Below, piece after piece: positions 58,413 through 64,000 of a stretch of 64,000 nucleotides of DNA. The position numbers and the translations under genes are program-made. The DNA is from an uncultured haloarchaeon (GTDB lineage: Archaea; Halobacteriota; Halobacteria; Halobacteriales; Haladaptataceae). The first letter of the stretch is position 1. Each line of letters opens with the position of its first letter. The notes under the pieces were generated by a model, which had not been told where the DNA came from, made no database searches, and saw nothing but the letters and a program-made list of their open reading frames with translations. The stretch covers positions 20,102 through 84,101 of the forward strand of contig CAWCLB010000006.1 in NCBI GenBank assembly GCA_963796245.1, read 5' to 3'.

Positions 58413-60269
58413 CGTCGTATCGAGTGCTGCCGCCAGTTCTTTCACGCCCTCCTTTTCCTCGCGGTTCGGGTTGGCGAGGATTCGGACCGGTTCCTCGCCG
58501 AGCGGAACGAACCCGAGGTCGAGTTTCTCCGCCGTCGAGCGCAGACCGAGTCCGGCGTCCGCCGCGCCCGCCGCGACTTTTCTGGCTGGGCTTTCGTGGG
58601 CTTTCACGGTGAGCTCGAATCCGTCAATGGATTCGACCAGTTCGCGCCGGGTCGTATCGCGCGCTTCCGCGAGGTCGGCAACCGCGTTCCCGAACGTCAT
58701 CCGAAGGCCGGAGTCGGTTCCACGGTTGATAAACCGCAGGTCGCGGTCCACGAGGTCGGCCAATCCGTCGATGTCCTCCGGGTTTCCGGCGAGGACGACC
58801 AGTCCCCACTCGCGGCGATAGGATGTGAGTTCGGTGCCGCCGCTCGCGTCCCCAGTAGCCGCTTGCCCGGATGCTACCGCGAAATCCGGAATCCCATTTC
58901 TGAGCCGACGCAACCCCTCTCGACTGCCGAACGGAAGATAGCGCGGCGAGTCGAGCGAATCGAGCAGTCGGGAGAGTGCGGGGTCGTCTTCGCCGACGCC
59001 GAGGACCGAGGGCGGACGGACTTCGGGCGAGAACAGTTGCACGGTTACCTCCTCGCCCTCCCCGAGATAGGCCGTGTCCGGCGAGACCGTCACCACGCCG
59101 TCGGCTTCCACGAGGCTGGTCGTAGCTCCGCTCCCCTTGTCCACCGGGTAGGCCAGCGTGTGCCCGTGTTCGTCCTCGACCAAGCCGGTCGGCATGAGTC
59201 GCATCCGACCTTCGTCGTAGCGTTCCTCGACGGCCATCCGGGCTTCGACGGTTGCTGTGGCTGGTTCGGGTACTCCGGCAGCATCGCGGATGGCCGGTGC
59301 GACGAAGGTCCGGAAGATGGTCAGTGCGGAGACGGGATACCCCGGCAGGCCAACGTAGGCCGAGTCGGGAAACCGACCGACGAGCATCGGTTTGCCGGGT
59401 TTGACGGCGACGCCGTGGAGCAAGAGTTCCCCCCGCGATTCGATGACGCGGTAAATCACGTCCACCGCGCTCGCGCTGGTCGAACCGGACGAGAGCACGA
59501 GGTCACACTCCTCGGAGGCTTCCAACAGCAGGCGCTCCATCTCGTCGTAGTCGTCGCCAGCGTGCGGGTAGAGAATTGGGTTGCCACCCGCTTCCGACAC
59601 GGCGGCCGCAATCGTGTAGCTGTTCACGTCGTAGATTTGCCCCGACTCGTCCGACAGCGGGTTGCCGGGACGGACGAGTTCGTCACCAGTCGAGATGATG
59701 CCGACGCACGGGGGTCCACGAACGGGCACCTCGTCCACGCCGAGCGCCGACAACAGCCCGATTTCGCGGGCGGTGAGTCGCGTGCCGGGACCGAGCGCCC
59801 GCTGGCCCGCCGCGATGTCCGCCCCGGCGAGCATGATGTTGTTCCCGGGCGTGAGCGCGGTTCGAACGGCCACGCCGTCTCCGGATTTCGCATAATCGGT
59901 TCGTTCGACCATCACCACGGCATCCGCGCCGGGTGGCATCACGGCCCCGGTGGAAATCTCGACCGCTTCGCCCTCGCCGACTTCGACGTCGGGTTTCGCT
60001 CCAGCGTGCACTTCACCCACGAGGTCGAGCACGGCGGGGTCGGCCTCGTTCGCGCCGACGGTGTCACGGGCCTGTACCGCGAAGCCGTCCATGCTCGCTC
60101 GGTCGAACCCTGGCACGTCGCGGTCGGCGTCGAATCGCTCCGCTAGCACTCGCTCGCGCGCTTCTGTGAGCGGAACGCGTTCGGGGTCGGTCGAGAGGTC
60201 GAGCGAGGCGATAGCCTCGTGTGCCGCTTCGGGTTCTGCGAGATTGCGGAACTCCTTGCGTTCATTCAT
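58371..60269 (-). CDS. moeA: MoeA fused to C-terminal PBP-like domain
   Basis: PGFDRASMDGFAV, STGDEL, SGSTS, KPGKP, LPGYP; C-terminal FINRGTDSGLR. Confidence 0.92.
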   Translation of the reverse strand: MNERKEFRNLAEPEAAHEAIASLDLSTDPERVPLTEARERVLAERFDADRDVPGFDRASMDGFAVQARDTVGANEADPAVLDLVGEVHAGAKPDVEVGEGEAVEISTGAVMPPGADAVVMVERTDYAKSGDGVAVRTALTPGNNIMLAGADIAAGQRALGPGTRLTAREIGLLSALGVDEVPVRGPPCVGIISTGDELVRPGNPLSDESGQIYDVNSYTIAAAVSEAGGNPILYPHAGDDYDEMERLLLEASEECDLVLSSGSTSASAVDVIYRVIESRGELLLHGVAVKPGKPMLVGRFPDSAYVGLPGYPVSALTIFRTFVAPAIRDAAGVPEPATATVEARMAVEERYDEGRMRLMPTGLVEDEHGHTLAYPVDKGSGATTSLVEADGVVTVSPDTAYLGEGEEVTVQLFSPEVRPPSVLGVGEDDPALSRLLDSLDSPRYLPFGSREGLRRLRNGIPDFAVASGQAATGDASGGTELTSYRREWGLVVLAGNPEDIDGLADLVDRDLRFINRGTDSGLRMTFGNAVADLAEARDTTRRELVESIDGFELTVKAHESPARKVAAGAADAGLGLRSTAEKLDLGFVPLGEEPVRILANPNREEKEGVKELAAALDTTLVGVLEDLPGVHP

Positions 60270-61491
60270 GCCGACCACTCCCAGTCTGCGACCGCAACCG
60301 TCTCACCTTCGGGAATCCCCTCGCGCCCTTCCGGTACCTCGACCCAGCCATCGGCCAGTGCAACGCTAGAGAGGATACCCGACCCGTTGGCCCGCGTTGG
60401 GGAGGCCACCCGCTCGGTTCCATCCTCTTCCACCCTCACCCGGACGAACGACCGAATCCCTGGGTCGCTCCGAATCTTCCGCGCGAGTCGGGCCTCCGTC
60501 GTCGGAAGTTCATCGAACGGAAGGTTCCCAGCCCACTTCAGCGCAGGGCGGAGGAACTGAGTTGCGTTGATGATACAGGCAACGGGGTAGCCCGGCAACA
60601 TCACGATTGGTGTATCCGCAATCACACCGAGCGCGACCGGATGCCCTGGTTTCAGCGCGACGCCGTGGACGATGACGTCGCCGAGCGAAGCGGCGACTTC
60701 CGGCAACAGGTCCCGTTCACCCACTGACGACCCCCCTGTCGTCACGACGATATCGTGGTCGAGGTTCGACTCGATGGCTTCGCGGAGTTCGGTCTCGTCG
60801 TCGCTCACTACGTCGTGGTACGTCGCGTCACCACCCCAGCGCTTCACGAGGCGGGACACCGTGAGTCCGTTCGTTTCGACCACTTCACCCGGTTCCGGGT
60901 CGCCCTGGACGAGTTCTTCACCGGTCGGAATCACGGCGACACGCGGGCGGTCGTAGACGGTGAGTTCACGCACGCCGACGGATTTCAACATCCCGAGGTC
61001 GGACGGCCGTAGACGATGCCCGGCGTCGTACAGGGATTGTCCTTTCTCCACGTCCTCTCCGATTGGAGCGACGTTCTCGCCCTCCGCGACGGCGTCGAAC
61101 ACTTCGACCTCGTCGCCGAACGTGTCCGCTTGCTCTATCATCACGACCGCGTTGGCACCTTCCGGCACTTCGCTTCCGGTGTGGACTCGGACTGCTGCGC
61201 CGGGAGCCATCTCGTCCGTGCTTCGGAGTAGTTCGGGCGACCGACTGCTTGCCCCGAAGGTATCCTGCGCCCTGACCGCATAGCCGTCCATCGCGGCTTG
61301 CGAGTAATGGGGAACGTTTCGCCGGGCGACGACTTCCTCTGCGAGCACTCGCCCGTCCGCGTCAAGGAGCGGGACGGACTCGGTGCAATCGCTGACTTGG
61401 AGACGACTTCTTTCAGTCGCTTGCGCGCCGCCGCCACGCGTGTCGTTTCCTTGAACCCGGACTGCTTTCTGTCCGGTCGATGGTCGCTCAT
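60266..61491 (-). CDS. moeA: Molybdopterin molybdotransferase MoeA (frameshift near 61400)
   Basis: MSDHRPDRKQSGFK start; AAMDGYAV, PTGEEL, TGGSSVG, KPGHP, LPGYP. Confidence 0.9.
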
Positions 61492-61564
61492 ACGAACCCG
61501 TTCGGGACGGCGAGCAAAAAGGAAGCGGGGAACATTTATCGTCTCGTGGACAACAAAAATCGAC

Positions 61565-62335
61565 ATGTCCCTCCTCGACCAACCGATTGCACTGCTGATT
61601 GCCGGGGTCGCTACAATCATCGGCTGTGCCCTGCTGTGGTACGGTGGACGCGAACTGCTCCTCTCGTATCGAATCCTGACCAACGACCCATCCGAGGTGA
61701 TGTCGCTCGGGGACGGCGGGCCAGTCGAAGTGGAAGGAACTTCCCATCCCGAGCACGGAACCCTCACGTCGCCGTTTACGGGGACGGAGTGTCTGGCCTA
61801 CGAGTACGAAGTCAAAGAAGAGCGGAACTCCCAACACGGGACCCACTGGGAAACCATCGATTCCGGGCGGAATCACACCGCGTTCCGCGTCGAGGACGAA
61901 ACGGCCAGCGCGCTCGTCGATCCGCGCGGGGCGGACTTCCGATTCAGTGCCGAACGTACCATCGACGTTCACGGCGGAAAGCGGCCGCCGGAACGCGTCC
62001 AGGAGTTCATCCAGCGGAACGGGGACGTGGGGTCGGAGGAGAAGAGCATCGACCTCAAACTGTTCGAGTTGAACACGGGCAAGGATAGAAAGTACATCGA
62101 GAAACGGCTCGACCCCGGAGAATCCGTCCACGTCCTCGGAGAAGCGCGATACGACGCCAGTGCCGGGCACGACGCTGGAGAGATGAATACCGTCATCGGG
62201 TACGGCGACACCAAGTTCCTCATCTCCGACACGGACGAACGCGGCGCAGCACGACGTACGGCGTGGAAGGGACTCCCCTACGTCCTTGCCGGGGTCCTGT
62301 TTTTCGCCATTGGGGGATTCGTCCTCGGCCTGTAA
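61565..62335 (+). CDS. 2-TM membrane protein with GIDE-like loop domain
   Basis: N- and C-terminal TM; GPVEVEG, SPFTGTECLAYEY, W.TIDSG, FRVEDET, YIEKRL..G..VHVLG, FLISD. Confidence 0.65.
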   Translation: MSLLDQPIALLIAGVATIIGCALLWYGGRELLLSYRILTNDPSEVMSLGDGGPVEVEGTSHPEHGTLTSPFTGTECLAYEYEVKEERNSQHGTHWETIDSGRNHTAFRVEDETASALVDPRGADFRFSAERTIDVHGGKRPPERVQEFIQRNGDVGSEEKSIDLKLFELNTGKDRKYIEKRLDPGESVHVLGEARYDASAGHDAGEMNTVIGYGDTKFLISDTDERGAARRTAWKGLPYVLAGVLFFAIGGFVLGL

Positions 62336-62387
62336 TTCGACCGCAAAGACCACACCCTTTTTCGGTCCTGCCTCCTAACAAGCAACT

Positions 62388-62744
62388 ATGTCAGCGCTGC
62401 GCGATGCGTTGCGAGAACTCCCGGATGCCGTGTTCGCGGACCTGCTGGAGAGCAAAGAGGAGTACCTCCTCGTTCTCGATATGCCCGGCGTCACCGAGGA
62501 AACTATCGACATCGACGTGACGAATGGCCGCCTCCAAATCGAAGCGCGGCGCGAGAAGGACGTTCCCATCGAGTTCGATTATCTGAGCGAGGACCGTCCT
62601 CTCTTCCTCGACGCCGAACTGCCGCTTCCACCGGACGCAACCGGTTCGGGCGCGGAAGCGACCGTTTCCCGTGGCGTCCTCGAAATCACTCTCCCGAAAC
62701 AGATGGCGGCTCCCGAAGAGTCGGTGCCGGTCACGAACCGCTAA
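62388..62744 (+). CDS. Hsp20/alpha-crystallin protein
   Basis: LDMPGV, GVLEITLPK. Confidence 0.9.
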   Translation: MSALRDALRELPDAVFADLLESKEEYLLVLDMPGVTEETIDIDVTNGRLQIEARREKDVPIEFDYLSEDRPLFLDAELPLPPDATGSGAEATVSRGVLEITLPKQMAAPEESVPVTNR

Positions 62745-62750
62745 GCGCGG

Positions 62751-64000
62751 GTGGTTACACTGGTACTTCTCCGCGCATATCGTCGGTTCGTCGTCGTCGC
62801 ATGGCAGTTCCTGCCGTTGTTGGTGAGCTACGCCCGTGACCGGAACCGCTTCCTGTTTTTCGGGGCGTCCCGGCAGGTGACGAACGAGATGCGACGGGAG
62901 CGGGCGGACACACTCCTCCAATCGCTGTTGACCCTCGGTCCGACGTTCATCAAACTCGGGCAACTACTGTCGACGTCGTCCCGACGTTCTCCCACCGGAG
63001 TACGTGGACGAACTGTCGAAACTGCAAGACGAAGTCCCGCCGGCCCCGTGGGAGGGCGCAGAGCAGGTTCTCGAAGACCAAATCGGTCCCGTTGAGGAGA
63101 ATTTCGCCGAGTTCGACACGGACGCGATCAGCGGCGCGAGCCTCGGACAGGTGTACGACGCACGAATCGACGGTGAGCGCGTCGCAGTAAAGGTACGCCG
63201 TCCGGGTATCGAAGAGTTGGTCGAGGCCGACCTGCGAGTCATCCGCTGGTCGCTCCCCATCCTCATGCGATTTTTGGGGCAGGCCCGGGCCTTCTCGCTC
63301 GAAACCCTCGCCGACGAGTTCGGGCGCACGATTCGGGAGGAGATGGATTATAACCGCGAGGCGTCGATGCTGAACGAGATTCGGGCGAACTTCGAGGGCG
63401 ACCCCGACATCGACATCCCGCGCGTCATCGGGAGCCACTCCGGTTCCCGCGTCCTCACGATGGAGTTCCTCGGCGGGACGAAAATCAACCGGGTGGACGA
63501 GTTGGAGGAAAAGGGATTCGACCGTCACGAACTCGCCGATACCCTCCAGCGGGCCTACCTCCAGATGATCATTCAGGACGGCGTGTTTCACGCCGACCCC
63601 CATCCGGGCAACCTCGCCGTCAAAGACGACGGTACCATCATTTTCTATGACTTCGGGATGAGCGGACGCGTGGACGAGTTTATCCAGCGCAAAATCGTCG
63701 AGTTCTACATCGCGGTGGCGAATCAGGACATCGAAGGGATTCTCGACGCCCTCATCGAGATGGGTACCCTCAGCCCCGAGGCAGACCGCAGCGACGATGG
63801 GGCAGGTGATGGAACTCGCCATCGAGGACGCTCGCGGCGAGGATATCGAAACCTACCGCGTCCAGCAGATCGTCTCGCAGGTCGAGGACACGATTTACGA
63901 GTTCCCGCTCCGCCTGCCGTCGAACCTCGCGCTCGTCCTGCGCGTGGCGACGGTCGTGGAGGGGGTCTGCGTTACCCTTGACCCCGGGTTCGACTTCATC
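62751..64000 (+). CDS. ABC1/UbiB atypical protein kinase (partial; frameshifts near 62975 and 63795)
   Basis: LGPTFIKLGQLLS, ASLGQV, VAVKVRRP, FHADPHPGN, YDFGM. Confidence 0.9.

Noticed and set aside
60266-62353. 695-aa 'MoeA with long N-terminal extension'
   Set aside because: Chimera: a frameshift near 61400 links the MoeA frame to the antisense of the 61565-62335 gene; the real start is 61491
200-63800. Frameshifts in about ten genes (flippase, 644-2473, deacetylase, 13915 regulator, 38854 HTH, 50342 membrane protein, dppC, dppD, moeA, ABC1 kinase) as pseudogenes, phase variation or programmed frameshifting
   Set aside because: Small indels are scattered through unrelated accessory and housekeeping genes, often in 2-4-nt runs, with otherwise intact motifs and no shared slippery site. 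Sequencing or assembly error is the simplest explanation, and read mapping would settle it.
1-64000. CRISPR arrays, tRNA/rRNA, transposases, integrases, defence systems
   Set aside because: No regularly spaced repeats, cloverleaf/rRNA signatures or DDE/tyrosine-recombinase motifs were seen by eye; tRNAscan-SE and Infernal were not run

Overview
GC-rich haloarchaeal (class Halobacteria) chromosomal DNA, judged from acidic cytoplasmic proteins, an archaellin, an archaeal-type AspRS and CPxCG zinc fingers. Lysine-rich exported proteins hint at a low-salt-tolerant lineage such as Haladaptatus (inference). Positions 1 to ~22.7 kb form a surface-polysaccharide locus: a Wzx flippase, a polytopic membrane protein, GT2/GT4, DUF354, two FemAB-like GNATs, a polysaccharide deacetylase, a WbpA/B/E/D/I-like diacetamido-uronic-acid pathway, an AlkP-family enzyme, DUF1616, two Tat-exported paralogues and a membrane-anchored HTH regulator. 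The strongest unexplained signal is the 9-mer ATAACAAAG. It occurs 7 times exactly plus once with one mismatch, always on the coding strand upstream of transcription units in this locus, and I did not spot it in the other ~41 kb. That suggests an undescribed regulon or alternative core promoter. The rest is mostly core genome: nnr, moaC, hflX, acyl-CoA metabolism, a PiT transporter, Grx-TrxR, csp, an orphan archaellin, aspS, phoU, a dpp ABC operon, two moeA genes, hsp20 and an ABC1 kinase. About ten genes carry small frameshifts that look like assembly errors. I found no rRNA, tRNA, CRISPR array or transposase. All family assignments come from motif recognition, not database searches.
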